Both the position numbers and the translations under genes were made by a program. Below, in pieces: positions 13,900-25,609 of a DNA stretch of 64,000 nt (positions are counted from its first letter, which is position 1; each line of letters opens with the position of its first letter). The notes under the pieces were generated by a model. It was not told where the DNA came from and made no database searches. It saw nothing but the letters and a program-made list of their open reading frames with translations. Source of the DNA: Piedraia hortae CBS 480.64 (taxonomy: Eukaryota); contig MU005965.1 in assembly GCA_010093745.1 (NCBI GenBank), positions 62,001 to 126,000 of the forward strand. The letters are read 5' to 3'.

Positions 13900-15960
13900 G
13901 ATTGATGAATGTAGGACACGGTGTTGCAGTTGCCCCACGCGGGAGGACGCCTGCATACTCGTAGCTGTCCTTCCTTGATCTGTGGTGTGGGGGCATTTAA
14001 ATTGCCAGGCAGACTCTATTGGTGGGTCAGCAATCTTGTTTCGACCGTGCATTCCAAGGGAAACCCAGATCAAGGTGCCTTCCCTAGCGGAAGAATTGCT
14101 TGATCATGGCAGATGTGGACGCCCCGCGTGCTGCATTGCGCTTTACTGGCTTGTATCTCACGTTTTGCCGTAGCTTCCCTTGAGACAACGACGCGAAGGC
14201 GCAGAGATTTTACGAATCATCTGAAATGTGTTTTGGATCACTGAGAATGCGATTAGGGACCAGGAATATCGCCGTCAAGAAGGGCCATGGATTGGCAAAT
14301 GCTCTCGAGAATCTAGCATGTAGCGTTTGCCATGGGACCAGAAAACTTGCAGCGTCGACGTGCCAAAACACGGTGACCACCTCATCTGACGCAATGCACG
14401 GGTCTTGCTCACGTAAACATAGGCTGTATCCATGTAGGTATGCCGTGAAAAAAGCTCTCCCACGCCTCTGCCGAGATCGCGTGTGCTTGTACCGTATAGT
14501 AATAGTCGAGCAGAGCAGAAGAGTCGCGTAGCTTTGCCCAAATCGTGCAGCAGATGCCAACCGCACAGTTGGTTCTTTTCATACTTCAAGTCTTTCATCT
14601 CCACCGAATCCTTACCCTACCGACAAAGCAAAGTTTGACTCCCACTTCCGCATGAACTGGATCAACAGCCTCATCATCGCCCCAGATGGTATTTTCATCT
14701 TTCCATGTGCATCGGTCTGAGGCCTTCCGACGAAGTTGTAAACCAACGGAATACCGCACACATTACCACGAAAACATCCATACAGGAATCGTTGGTGGAT
14801 GATATAGAAAGCCGTTCCCCGAAGTTACCACCCCAGTGCTCGGCGAGGAAGTAGCCCTTCTCTCCCAGCAAGATCAAGGCCGACACTCTTCGATCATAGT
14901 ATCGCGTATGTCCGCATTCGCGGGTACTACACCTCCACTTCTCCGCCCTTAAATTTTCGCACGCACGGAAGAGCTGAGGCCGTTTGATTGAGTGCCCTAG
15001 ATTGCACAAATTGTATGATTGCGGGATTCAGTCTAAGAGATACGTACGGAGCGTGATGGCTATGCATCAGGGCCAAGTTCAACACACACATTCTTTGGTT
15101 CACCGTCAAGATCAGGCCACTCCTACAATGTATCTGATGTTTCTGCTCAAGGCTCGATCAGTCTTGGGCGTTGGTGGGCAATGAGCACAACAGTAATAGA
15201 AACGGCAAACCGTCTGCGGTTCTGAGAGTTCAAAGTTTGAACCCCCCCCCCACCCATGCAGCCAGACCGGATCCAGTAGCGGGGCGCGATCATCGTCTAC
15301 GTCCTCGCTCCGAGGCGGACAGATCGGATTCGACCACGTAAGATGCTCAACCACGTCCTGGGTCATCTCGTCGGCCGGATTAGTTTGATGTCCGCGGTCG
15401 GAACTGGTCATTCCTCACAGCGTCGAACTCGGGAATAGTGCGCACTTGGAATAAAACTTGAAGCTCATTCTCGAAGTAAGGAGCTTCGCGGGACAAGATA
15501 GTCTTGGCCCGCAGGACTCGGCACGCATAGCGAACCGTAAACTCGCTGGTTAAAACACTAACCCAGGTTCTGGACATCGACGTGGCCTGCAATCCAGAAC
15601 CAAATGTCACAAAAGGTCCTAGAGGATCAGAAAGACTTGTTGGCAATGTCTAGTGCCTGAGGGTCATCAAAGTCCAGGCGACACAGCTCCAGATCAGAAG
15701 TCACGGGGACTCGGCGCGGTTGGATGGCCCCGTCTGGCTCACAGACTGCCGGCTGCCTTCCCAAGGTACGGCCGCATCATATTGTCACGCATCCATGACG
15801 TCTCCTCTAGCCACCGCTTCCTGGCCGCTTCACTCTCACGGGCGGTAGACTCTCTCAACGCCTCGGCGTCGACGAATTTCATCCACGATTCTGACTCCTG
15901 TTGGTATTCGTCGCTTTGGGGTTCGCTGCCCGCAAAATAGATCCAAAGACACAAGCTGTG
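13900..15960 (-). pseudogene. Degenerate relic, possibly of a telomere-linked-helicase/DUF3505-type gene
   Basis: Collinear frameshifted fragments (RWLEETSWMRD, SALILLG, TIRYKH, RDLGRGVGELF, AMIKQFF, HTT) loosely match the motif order I recall for that family. Confidence 0.3.
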
Positions 15961-16005
15961 CTTCACACATGCCCTCCTTGAACGTCTTAGCTGTGTGTGC
16001 GCGGG

Positions 16006-16204
16006 ACGACCCGCGCCGCCTAAGCGCACAGGGAATTTGATACACCAACGCGCCCTGCTAGTTATTCATAGCTACGCTCGCTACTACGCTCGAAGGGACG
16101 GCGCTTCTGGGTTGGTTTATAGTATATTAGCTTCCCAATAGATAGCAGTTTGGATTGTCCTCGTTGTTGGGACTTTGAACCTTTTCCTCTGAGCACCGTA
16201 ACAT
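16006..16204 (+). repeat. Repeat module B (about 200 bp); inverted copy at 46536-46737
   Basis: gcgccctgctagttattcatagctacgctcgcta..tttggattgtcctcgttgttgggact..ctctgagcaccgtaacata matches the reverse complement of 46536-46737. Confidence 0.9.
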
Positions 16205-16831
16205 ACAGCTTGTGTGGCTGTAGGGTGTTTGCCTTTCCACTGTCAGCTGTGCTGCGTCACTTTTCCAGAAGGTGGCGTAATTTCGTCAACGGTAGTCTGC
16301 CACATGCAACTTGAATGCTTTGCCCAGGCAAAGTCTTTCATCTGTGTTTAAGAGTTCGCGCGGAGCCCACCACATTGCGGAGGTAAGATGTTAGGGTGAT
16401 AGCGAGAGCGCTGAACTGCCAGTCGTTCCGGGAAAGAGAGGCCGGTGTTTCATTGCAAATTTTTGGTGGCCTTGGCAACAGACGCCGCAGGAAGATCCTT
16501 TTTGGCTTGTGGGAGGAATTGAAGAATGGCTTCATGTGTTGTGAATGTTGAGGCCGTTGGCTTCCTTGGGAGGTTTTCGTGGGCCGGCGGCACTGAGGAC
16601 GACCGAAAGGACAAAGTCGAGGTTCCAAACGCAAGAAGCAGACCGAGAAATTAAGGGGGAACAAATTTGTGCGGGCACAGGCCGATCCGTAACATAGCTT
16701 GTAGAATACGGTCATTATCGGGCTAACCGTTCAAAGTCGAGAATATAGATTTCGAGGTATTTGAGATCGATTTTTAATAAATCCCTACAGGTCCATTACA
16801 CAGTCCACATCAAAAGGCTCTATTGTAGTAT

Positions 16832-18331
16832 TCAACCCCCAAGAACACCAACCATATCCCAAACACTCGTCAACTTCTCCCTCTCCTTGCCCTTCTCCCC
16901 TCCCCTCTGCCGTTCGACCTTATCAATCGCCAACCAATCATCCCAACTCACAGGCCTAAGGTTTCTCTCCTTCAAAACCTTACTCAACCCATCAAACCCC
17001 CCCTTAGACTCCTCCCCCAAAACCCCAAGTTTATAATCCTTCACGACAGAATCCGCGGTGGCAAACGCATCCTCCATCGTACGAGCAATGACCCCCGTTG
17101 GTCCACGCTTAACCCACCCCGCGCAATACAAACCCTTAACAGGTCTGCCCTCTTTGCCCATAACCCTCCCCCACGGATCGTTGGGAACGATACCCCTGAT
17201 CTCATCAAACTCAACACCCAGCTCCTCCAAGCCCGACAGGGGGGTGGAGCGGTATCCAATCGATCGGAAAGCGAGCGGGCTATGGACGAGGGTCTTCTCA
17301 CCCGTGGGGACCACACGGATGGAGCGGAGATCGTAGAGGTCCTTCTCTGGGTCGCCTGTTAGGGCGGTATGGTTGAGAGACTGTTTATCAAACCCAATGG
17401 CGGAGAGGTTTGTGGAGTCAGTGGAGAGGAATTCGACGGGTGAGCGGAGGAAGCCCAATTGCCACCACTTTGCACCCGTGCATGGGGCGGGGGAGTCGCC
17501 GTGTTTTTTCAGTAACTGGACAATCCGACGGAGCTGGCGTGGGAGTTCCTTTTCTGGGTAAGGGACTAGTTCCTCCCACGGCTCGGGAGGGGGTTTGTAT
17601 CCCAGGCCAGGGAGGGTGAGGAGTTCCCTAAGCTCCGCGATCGCGAAGGGGGCTTGTAATGGGCCGCGACGACCGATGACTTGTACTTCGCGGATTTTGG
17701 ATTCGGAAAGGGTTTTGAGTGCGTGGGATGGTATATCTGTTTTGCGGAGGGTGGTGGGGTCTGTGGTAAGGATTCTGGCGACATCTAATGCGACGTTGCC
17801 TTGTCCCAAGACTACGGCGCGTTCGCAATCGAGGTTGGGAGCAGCATCGGCGAAGTCTGGGTGGCCGTTGTACCAGCCTACGAAGTCGCGTGCGCTGTGG
17901 ACTCCCCGGAGGGATTCGCCGGGGATGTTGAGCTTCCTGTCTTCGCTGGCGCCGTATGCGAGGATGATGACGTTGAAGTTTTGTTGAACGTAGCGAAGGG
18001 GAAGTTGGGTTGCCGAGTCCCCGATGGAGACGTTGCCAATGAAGTGAAACTTGCGACCATTATGCTCCCGGGCTAGGCTAGTAAGGGTCTCGCCCGAGGT
18101 TTTGACTTCCTCATGATCGGGTGCGACGCCATAGCGGACTAGGCCATAGGGACAAGGTAATCGTTCGAGGAGGGTGATTTGAAAGTTGGTGGTAGGGAGA
18201 CGTTGTAGAAGGCGGTGCGTTGTGTAGTATCCTGCTGGACCGGAGCCAATCACGGCGATGTTAAGTGGGCTGGAGGTCGTAGTAACATGTCGTCGGAGCG
18301 GCAGCGCGATTTGCAATGTCCTCCGGCGCAT
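16832..18331 (-). CDS. ARH1: NADPH:adrenodoxin oxidoreductase, mitochondrial
   Basis: Motifs IGSGPAG, PYGLVRYGVAPDH, GQGNVALDVAR and GWVKRGPTGVI; Arg-rich presequence. Confidence 0.95.
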   Translation of the reverse strand: MRRRTLQIALPLRRHVTTTSSPLNIAVIGSGPAGYYTTHRLLQRLPTTNFQITLLERLPCPYGLVRYGVAPDHEEVKTSGETLTSLAREHNGRKFHFIGNVSIGDSATQLPLRYVQQNFNVIILAYGASEDRKLNIPGESLRGVHSARDFVGWYNGHPDFADAAPNLDCERAVVLGQGNVALDVARILTTDPTTLRKTDIPSHALKTLSESKIREVQVIGRRGPLQAPFAIAELRELLTLPGLGYKPPPEPWEELVPYPEKELPRQLRRIVQLLKKHGDSPAPCTGAKWWQLGFLRSPVEFLSTDSTNLSAIGFDKQSLNHTALTGDPEKDLYDLRSIRVVPTGEKTLVHSPLAFRSIGYRSTPLSGLEELGVEFDEIRGIVPNDPWGRVMGKEGRPVKGLYCAGWVKRGPTGVIARTMEDAFATADSVVKDYKLGVLGEESKGGFDGLSKVLKERNLRPVSWDDWLAIDKVERQRGGEKGKEREKLTSVWDMVGVLGG

Positions 18332-18541
18332 CGTCGTCCGTCGCCTGACGTTTCAAAACAATTTTCGAGGTTAGCGTCATTACGTAAGCGATTCCGGGAA
18401 AATGGATGCGGAGCTGTTCCGCCAATCCAACCTTTATTCAGGGGGCAAACGTTCTTGGTTGAATCCCTTTCGAAGCTTGATTCGAAATGTTTGTGTGGAA
18501 CTAGTGACAAAATGCTTCATTAATTTACGAAAAGACAGCTG

Positions 18542-20335
18542 CTATCCAGCCCCTCCTCTTCGGGGCTCTCGTAACAGCATCTCGCCCTGCTCTTCCTGAT
18601 ACAAGCTCGGTCGACGATCAAGTCTTCTTGTAGGCAGAGGCAAGAGAGATTCTAACCTCCCCCAAAGCGCTCTTGAACGCCGAGACGAAGCTGTCGAAGC
18701 AAGCCCCAAGCAGCAGGCAAGTCCGAGCAGTAGCAAGATGATGATGCCCACCACGCTGGCGGCAAAGCTGGGCCAGTCCTTTTCCGTCTTAGAGATGCCA
18801 TCATCCCAGACGGGTTCGCCGGACCTGAGATCTACGGGCTCTGAGATGCCAATGTGTTTGCCTTCGCTGTCCAGAGCCACGGCCTCGATGAACCTCGGCA
18901 GCGACGGTGCACTGGCAAGGTCGACGCAGGTCTCGAATCCGACCTTGGGCATGATAAGCGTCTCGTCGAAGGTGCCGTTGAGGGAGTCGGTTGCCCGTAC
19001 AATCCATTGCTTCACTTCGGTGGCCCCGAGCCAGGAGATGAACAGATGGTTATCAAAATGCCTCAGCTTAGGCTTCGTTAACGGCTGCCCGGTCCAGTTG
19101 AACTTGAGATTCTTGTAGCTCTGCACTCCACCCGTCCCGAAGAGGGATTTGGGCTGGAAGTAGACTTCGCACAGTGCCGAGCCATTGGCTAGAAACTCGG
19201 TCATGACTCCAGACTCGCCAAAACCCACGACTACACGTCCGTTGGGCAGTTTCTGCATAGAGCCCTGCGACTTGGAGCGGATCGTGGCTTCGTTGTAGTA
19301 AGATCCGTCTACCTTGGCCGTCCACATCTTCAGGTCAAGCACAACACGGATGCCGCGTGATCGCAATTCATTGTCCGGATGAAACGCCTGGTCGCCGCGA
19401 TTATCAAAGAGGGTGATTGCGTTGGCACCGTCCCATTTCGCATCGTGCTGGCCGATGAACTGGGTTGCAACGCCGCCGGAAAGGTCATGGAAGAAGTTTC
19501 TTCTACCTCCGAGCTGCCACAGGATGGTCCCGGTGCGGCCGTCAATGTACAAAATCGACCGCGTATACCGCGCGGAAATGAGGTAATTACCGGCCTTGTC
19601 TTTGACAACAGAATTGATGTGGAACCAGTCCCAGGGAAGTTCTGCTGTCCCGTTCCTGAGCGGCTGGAAGGTCTCATCCAGCCCGACATGGTCCGATGCG
19701 CGCCATTCGAATACCACCTCGTCCGTGCTAAGATCGATCTCCTGGAACAGCGAGTCCCAGATATAAATCTCGTCGGGCCCGTCCAGCAGCCCGGCAAGCT
19801 TTGTCTTTCGCGAGTCATAAGCTGTCAGCGTCGCATGGCCGTCGTCCCAAATGTCGAACGAGTGCAAGTCAATCTGGAGGCCGTTGCCCGCATCGACCGT
19901 CTTAAATAGTTCGTAATGCTTATCAAACATGTACACTTTGCCCCTCCCGTGTCCGCCCCAAGTGTCTTGACCGCCCCAGAAGCAGAGATAGTCCTCCCCT
20001 CGATACCGCTGCACCTGGAAGTTGTACACCTCGCCGTAGTCCCCGTCCACGGGCGTCCAAACCATGCTTCCGTCGGCGTTTAGGATGTACGGTCGCGGCG
20101 CCGTCGCATTGGGGCCGCGCGGCGCGATAAACAGCAGCGAGCCATCATCGCAGGCCGTAAACGGCTTGATCTGATTCAACACCGGCGCGACAAGCGCCTC
20201 GTCGCTGATAAACTGCTCTTCGACGTATGCGCCAAAGAGGCCCTCATTGTACCGCTCGCTGTTGATTAGCGGCGCGCGGTCGGCTCCCGAAAGCGCCAGG
20301 AACAACAGCGCGAGGCTCAGCAGCACAGAAGGCAT
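18542..20335 (-). CDS. Arylsulfotransferase (ASST)-domain protein with signal peptide and C-terminal TM helix
   Basis: Motifs DSLFQEID, WDWFHINSV, YLISARYT, QHDA, SQGSMQKLPNG. Signal-like MPSVLLSLALLF starts at 20335 (the ORF is open to 20455). Confidence 0.82.
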   Translation of the reverse strand: MPSVLLSLALLFLALSGADRAPLINSERYNEGLFGAYVEEQFISDEALVAPVLNQIKPFTACDDGSLLFIAPRGPNATAPRPYILNADGSMVWTPVDGDYGEVYNFQVQRYRGEDYLCFWGGQDTWGGHGRGKVYMFDKHYELFKTVDAGNGLQIDLHSFDIWDDGHATLTAYDSRKTKLAGLLDGPDEIYIWDSLFQEIDLSTDEVVFEWRASDHVGLDETFQPLRNGTAELPWDWFHINSVVKDKAGNYLISARYTRSILYIDGRTGTILWQLGGRRNFFHDLSGGVATQFIGQHDAKWDGANAITLFDNRGDQAFHPDNELRSRGIRVVLDLKMWTAKVDGSYYNEATIRSKSQGSMQKLPNGRVVVGFGESGVMTEFLANGSALCEVYFQPKSLFGTGGVQSYKNLKFNWTGQPLTKPKLRHFDNHLFISWLGATEVKQWIVRATDSLNGTFDETLIMPKVGFETCVDLASAPSLPRFIEAVALDSEGKHIGISEPVDLRSGEPVWDDGISKTEKDWPSFAASVVGIIILLLLGLACCLGLASTASSRRSRALWGRLESLLPLPTRRLDRRPSLYQEEQGEMLLREPRRGGAG

Positions 20336-21176
20336 TGCTTGGTTAGAGACATGACCGCCAAGGGGGGGCATGGACCCAGAAAAGCTCGGGGCTGCTGCTT
20401 CAGGGATTGTGAAACGGTCTGCAGCTGTCTCACCCCGGCCCTTTGACATATGCATATAGTGCGTTAATCTTTTGACAGGGAAATGTTCTGTTCTGAACGT
20501 GACGCTTCATGAGTAGAAAACATATAGCTGGCCAAGTGCTTCACATCGTCTGCCCTTTGCACAAGGACGTCGCCTGGCTGGGTATAGCTCCTTGATAGGT
20601 GTGTCCTAATCGCCCACCTCTATCTCCAAAGCCATTCTGCTGCTACCCCAACCCATCACGTTTCATGACCATATGTTATACCACCCCTCAGCTCAGCCTT
20701 TGTGTGCCCTGGTTGAGAACGCGTCGTCCATGGAATTCTATTGACAGATGTCGTCTACAAATCATGTCTGCATTACAGTTTAGGCATGACAGAGCATATC
20801 GACAGCACACCTTTTTGTCCTATAGCGATAACACCCATCCGTCTATATTGAAACTTCATATTAGGCTCAGGGCGGTACACACCCCGCTGTTTGCTGTCGG
20901 TGTCCGTTACTGCCTACGTTGCCCATCCCCAAGGCTTAGAGCAGTCACACGACAGCAAATCTCATCTGAGCCGCGAATGAGGCGCATTCGACAACCCAAT
21001 GATCGGTGCGGCGCGCAATCATCTCGGGACCTCCGCGACGCATCAAAAACGGTAGCTGAGCCACGCCGAAAACGGTCCGGTCCGAGAGCCGGTCATTTTC
21101 GCCATCGCTGCGCCACCCACCGCAAAACAACTTTTCGATAAAGACTTCCAATCATTCCCATTCCAGCAAAGCAAAC

Positions 21177-21917
21177 ATGTCCTTCCACGGCCGCCGTCAA
21201 AGCCCCGGATCACTCGACCTCTCAGAAATTCCTCCTCTCTCTCACCCCTCCCCTCCAAGCAACACCCTTCTCATAACGAACCTCAACGCCCCAGAAATCT
21301 TCACCACCTCCAACCTCGAGAGCATCAGAGCCGCCATCAACGCCAACGCGCCCCTCCATTCTTTTAGCCCTCTCAAATCCTTCCGCCGCATCGTCTGCAC
21401 ATTCTACACTTCAGCAGACGCAACCCGAATACTCCAAGCCCTCGACGGCGAAACTGTCCTCGGCAACCGCACCCGCGTCTTCTTCGGCGCGGAAACCAAC
21501 ATCTCACCTGACGAAGAACAACGCTACCTCAAAGCCCCACCCGCGCAAAAACAATTCTTCATCTCCCCTCCTCCCTCCCCCCCCGTGGGCTGGGAAATGC
21601 GCAACGAAGAACCCCCCAACGCAATGACACACGCCGATGATCTCGTCGCCGCACTCGCAAAACTAAACGCCCAGCCTTCATCACCTGAGAATCCTCACCA
21701 CCAAGAAGACGAAGAGGGTGAAGTTCCCCGTGGACGAAGCGTTCGCAGACGGAGAGCGGGGACGGGGACGTTGGTTTATGAGCCGGAGGATAACCAGCTA
21801 CCGGCTATTGCGGTCGAGGATCTTTCGGAAGGGTCGCCGGAAGGGGTTATCACCCCGGCGGAGAGTATTGCACCGTTGCATCATACGGCGAGGCCGCCGG
21901 TGGAGTTGATGGAGTAG
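21177..21917 (+). CDS. RCN1: Calcipressin / regulator of calcineurin
   Basis: Motifs LKSFRRI, QFFISPPPSPPVGW, PxIxIT-like PAIAVE and C-terminal TARPPV. Confidence 0.93.
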   Translation: MSFHGRRQSPGSLDLSEIPPLSHPSPPSNTLLITNLNAPEIFTTSNLESIRAAINANAPLHSFSPLKSFRRIVCTFYTSADATRILQALDGETVLGNRTRVFFGAETNISPDEEQRYLKAPPAQKQFFISPPPSPPVGWEMRNEEPPNAMTHADDLVAALAKLNAQPSSPENPHHQEDEEGEVPRGRSVRRRRAGTGTLVYEPEDNQLPAIAVEDLSEGSPEGVITPAESIAPLHHTARPPVELME

Positions 21918-22506
21918 GGTTTTGGATATGGTGTGATTGGGGTGTTTCTCTAAAAACTGCAATGGATGAAAAAGTTTCCCTTTTTTCTTTTTGTTTTTTC
22001 TCCTTTCGCCCAAGGTGATGAAGGGGTTAGGGGGTTATTGTGATGATAGTGTAGGCTTGGCAACGGGACGAGCCGTAGCAGGTATCAAATCTTCCGAGAT
22101 TTTGGATCCCGTGTCTCGCTCTGCAGACTTTTCAATTTTGATGATGGGAGCATATTCCCCGTGGGTTTTTGAGCTGAAACTATTCTACAGCCGTCTCGAT
22201 GATTGAGGACTGCGGAGAGATGGTGTGTGCTGTGAAGAAGTTGGAGAGGGTATATACAGTGGTTGTTTACTCACTATCTGTCTATCCGAGATACTGTCAA
22301 GCAGGAAAAATTCAGACTATCTAGGTACCTCGGGGTCGCAGTTGGGGTGTTCGCAGACATGTACTAGTGCTGTGACGTCCTGTCTTTTCACCCTAAACTC
22401 GCATCTGCAGACAATTGGGTGACTTTCAAGCTCTTTGAGGAACCGCTCCACCACCACTCAGTGTCAAAATACATTCATGTTCTTACACGCAACCACCAAG
22501 CAGTAC

Positions 22507-24831
22507 CTAAACCTTCACCCGACTCATGATCGTATCAAGGCCCCTCTCAACCGTAATCGCCGCGGCCGCGTTCTTAACCTGCGACAGCAGACTCCTCTCA
22601 TAATCGTCCCTTGCTCTGAGGACCGTTTCGATCCACGAGAACTGCACATCCCAATACTGAAGTCTAAACCTCTTAAACGCCTCCACAACCTCCCCATCCG
22701 TCTTGTCCGCCACAATCAGATCCACAAAAGCATTCACAACCCTCCACCTCTCCTTGACCTGGTCCAGCGCATAGGGGAAATTTTCAAAAAAGTTAAACAC
22801 AGTCATGAGGTCTTCACGGATTTTCGCTGTGAAGGGGTCTGTGTTCCTTCGGAACTTTGCGGATTTATTCTTTACGCTTTCGAGGTAGGCGATCAGGAGG
22901 GCGTCTGAGAGCTCTACGATGATGATTTCCTGGAGGCTAGGGTGTAGGACTTGCATGATGTTGTTTTCGCCCATGAGGTAGTCTTCAAAGGTGGTTACGA
23001 TGAGGGACATGGTTGTTTCGGTGTACCAGGCCGATGTGAAGAAGGTTTTTGTGATGGAGCGGAAGTCGGTTTTGAAGAGGAGTTCGGCGAAGAGGCGTAG
23101 ACAGTGAGAGGCGAGGTCGATGTACCCGTTCATGAGGCTTTCGTGTTCGGATTCGGAGGAGATGGGGTAGGAGGGTGAGACTAAGGGCTCGTAGTCGCGT
23201 TTGAAGCGCGTGAGATAGGAGACCTGGCCCGTTTCGGAGGAGTCGTCGATGTTGGTGATTTGGTCGTTGGCGATGGCGATGAGCCAGTCTTGGTAGGCGG
23301 GTAGGCCTTCCAGATCGGAGGACTCGCTGCCGTATTTGAGGGATTCGTTGTCCACGAGCCGCTGCCACATTTGCTGCCGCGTGCGGAGGGACTGCATCAT
23401 GGCGTCGACTACGCCTTCGATAACGTCTGGTCGACCGGATTGCTCGGCTACGGAGAGCTGCTCCCTATGCATCGTCCACATGTCTCCGAGGGATTTGGTG
23501 TGTAGACAGCCATCGCCGCCCACGTCGAGGACATCTTCCCTTGCCTCGAACTCTTTGGTGTCCCGCTGCGCCATGCGCTCCATCCATTCCTCCACTTTAC
23601 TGGTGATGAGCCCTCGGTATTCCCGGATGAGGTCTGCTTCGCGCTCGTCGATAACGTGCGGCAGCAGCTTGACTTCGGGGTCTTTCACGCCCAGTCTTTT
23701 GAGCTTGGAATAGTACTTGGGTACCCAATCCAGTATGGCCAGCATGTGCACGGGTGAAATGTTGACATCTTCAAGTTGCGACACCAAGAAATCGTGCATT
23801 TGCTGGTGGTAGATGTGCATATACGTGCTGAATATTTTCCACTTTTTGGGCAGCAGAGGACGCATTCCGAGCTTCACAATGTTGAGTTCAAGGAAGAACC
23901 ACCTGGTGCTCTTGTCCAACTTCTCCGGAGTCTCGATAAAAGACTGCCGGACTTGGTCAAACTTCTTCTTCGTCTCTTCCTGTATGTGATCGAGTAGCTT
24001 CTTCTTGTACTCCCTGACCTCCCTCTGACCTGCATTTGCGGTTTTAAATCGAGACGCGATGTCCTGAAACTCTTTTTGCGCTTCCCGCACCGCTTTGGTT
24101 TGTCGATCTTTCTGTTCTTCCTTTTCGATAACCAATCCCAGCCTCACCACCAGCCCCTTCTTCTCCATATCCACGAGTTCGGGTAATCTGCTGCAAGCAT
24201 CGTCAACATGGCTGTCGAACCAGGCGCCGACCTCATCCAGCTTGCCAAAGAGATCGCGCAGGGTTGCGCCTTCGGCACACTTGAGCGGCAAGTTCTCAAT
24301 GAGCTCCAGTCCGCTTTCCCCGTCGCTACCCGCCGCGGAGCTCTGCACCTGGTCCAGCGCCTGGTCCCTCATATCTCTTAGACTGGAAATGCCCTCGTGG
24401 ATGGCCAGCAGATTCGGCTGGTCGTCCATGTCCTCGTCGTCCTCGGCCAGAAGCTGCTGGAGCTCTACAAGCCTCAGCCCAAAGCTCTCGACGGCCTCCT
24501 TCATTCCCTTGACGGCCGCAAAGTTCCTCTGCATCAGACTCAGCTTGTTGATGCCGGCAAAGTCGCGGATCATGCCCTGGGCTTCGGTGCAGAGTCGGTC
24601 AATCTGCATCATCTCCTCTTTGATTGCGCTGACTATCGCCTGGCCATCTGTGATGCCTCCAATCGCCTTTTGCGTCACCGCCATGTGCTCCTGCAGGCCG
24701 ATCTTGAGCTGGCCATCGATGGCAGCCTTGTTGCGCGCCAGTTCGTTTTTGATTCCGGAGATTGCGTCGAGGTCATCGGGGTGCTTGAGAAGCTCGGCAA
24801 CTCGGGCGTAGGGGTCATCGTGGCCGTCCAT
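22507..24831 (-). CDS. SEC6: Exocyst complex component Sec6
   Basis: 774 aa; ELLKHPDDLD N-terminus, DWLIAIANDQI and TIMSRVK C-terminus are typical of fungal Sec6. Confidence 0.9.
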   Translation of the reverse strand: MDGHDDPYARVAELLKHPDDLDAISGIKNELARNKAAIDGQLKIGLQEHMAVTQKAIGGITDGQAIVSAIKEEMMQIDRLCTEAQGMIRDFAGINKLSLMQRNFAAVKGMKEAVESFGLRLVELQQLLAEDDEDMDDQPNLLAIHEGISSLRDMRDQALDQVQSSAAGSDGESGLELIENLPLKCAEGATLRDLFGKLDEVGAWFDSHVDDACSRLPELVDMEKKGLVVRLGLVIEKEEQKDRQTKAVREAQKEFQDIASRFKTANAGQREVREYKKKLLDHIQEETKKKFDQVRQSFIETPEKLDKSTRWFFLELNIVKLGMRPLLPKKWKIFSTYMHIYHQQMHDFLVSQLEDVNISPVHMLAILDWVPKYYSKLKRLGVKDPEVKLLPHVIDEREADLIREYRGLITSKVEEWMERMAQRDTKEFEAREDVLDVGGDGCLHTKSLGDMWTMHREQLSVAEQSGRPDVIEGVVDAMMQSLRTRQQMWQRLVDNESLKYGSESSDLEGLPAYQDWLIAIANDQITNIDDSSETGQVSYLTRFKRDYEPLVSPSYPISSESEHESLMNGYIDLASHCLRLFAELLFKTDFRSITKTFFTSAWYTETTMSLIVTTFEDYLMGENNIMQVLHPSLQEIIIVELSDALLIAYLESVKNKSAKFRRNTDPFTAKIREDLMTVFNFFENFPYALDQVKERWRVVNAFVDLIVADKTDGEVVEAFKRFRLQYWDVQFSWIETVLRARDDYERSLLSQVKNAAAAITVERGLDTIMSRVKV

Positions 24832-24897
24832 TGGATTCGCGCTGGCGTTTCTTCTGCCAGTCCCAGCGGACTGGGCGGCGGAGGCGGATGCGGGGGC

Positions 24898-24930
24898 GGG
24901 AACGGGAACGGGAACGGGAACGGGAACGGG
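24898..24930. repeat. (GGGAAC)x5 microsatellite in the 192-bp SEC6/MRPL33 divergent spacer
   Basis: Read directly. Confidence 0.9.
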
Positions 24931-25023
24931 AGGAAGCGGCCGGCGGTCCGCCGAGACCCGACAACTGCAACAACTCGACGACTCGTTCAGCGGCTCTCAA
25001 GCTACGCCTCGGCGGATCCAATC

Positions 25024-25287
25024 ATGCCCAACTTCTTTCGAGTCACGCTGCTGCGCTCTGCGATCGGCCTGCCGCGGAAAACATCCGGCGTACTGAAAGC
25101 GCTCGGGCTGCACAAACGAATGCGCACCGTCTACCACCCCGTCAATCCCGACGTCGCCGGCCAAATATTTGCCGTGAAGGAGCTTGTCGACGTAGAAGAG
25201 GTTGACCGGACACTGTCAAAAGAAGAAATGCGGGAACTACGGAGGCCGGACAAGGGCTGGTATTTGGAATCGAAGGCGAGGCCATGA
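25024..25287 (+). CDS. MRPL33: Mitochondrial ribosomal protein uL30m
   Basis: MPNFFRVTLLRSAIGLP..VLKALGL..AGQIFAVKELV; ATG at 25024. Confidence 0.92.
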   Translation: MPNFFRVTLLRSAIGLPRKTSGVLKALGLHKRMRTVYHPVNPDVAGQIFAVKELVDVEEVDRTLSKEEMRELRRPDKGWYLESKARP

Positions 25288-25609
25288 AGGACAAGCGGCG
25301 GAACGGAACTACACAAGCGGAAAGACGTTCGACTGAGAGGGCGAACTTCCCGCCATTGGACAACAGATAATCCGCAACAACAGCATCATGTCAGGAAGCA
25401 ATCTTACGTAGAGTCGAGGTGGCGGGAGATTTACGGACGGACCTTTACTCTGTTTAGTTTAGAGCCTGTATGGCCTCAACCTACGAGGAGACCTTGAGCT
25501 TCTAACGATGTCGGCCCATCTTTCCATCACTCCTCCATTACTCCTCCCAAAATATGACGTAGCCATCATCAACGGAATTCTTTCCGTCCAACCTCCAACC
25601 AAAGAAACA

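Noticed and set aside
24898..24930. Telomere-like repeat
   Set aside because: GGGAAC is not TTAGGG, and five units in a promoter fit a simple microsatellite.
24397..25023. N-terminal extension of MRPL33 (likewise for LeuRS, AKR, MDR and the 32952 gene)
   Set aside because: The extensions overlap neighbouring genes or promoters, or start at non-ATG codons; homology begins at downstream ATGs.
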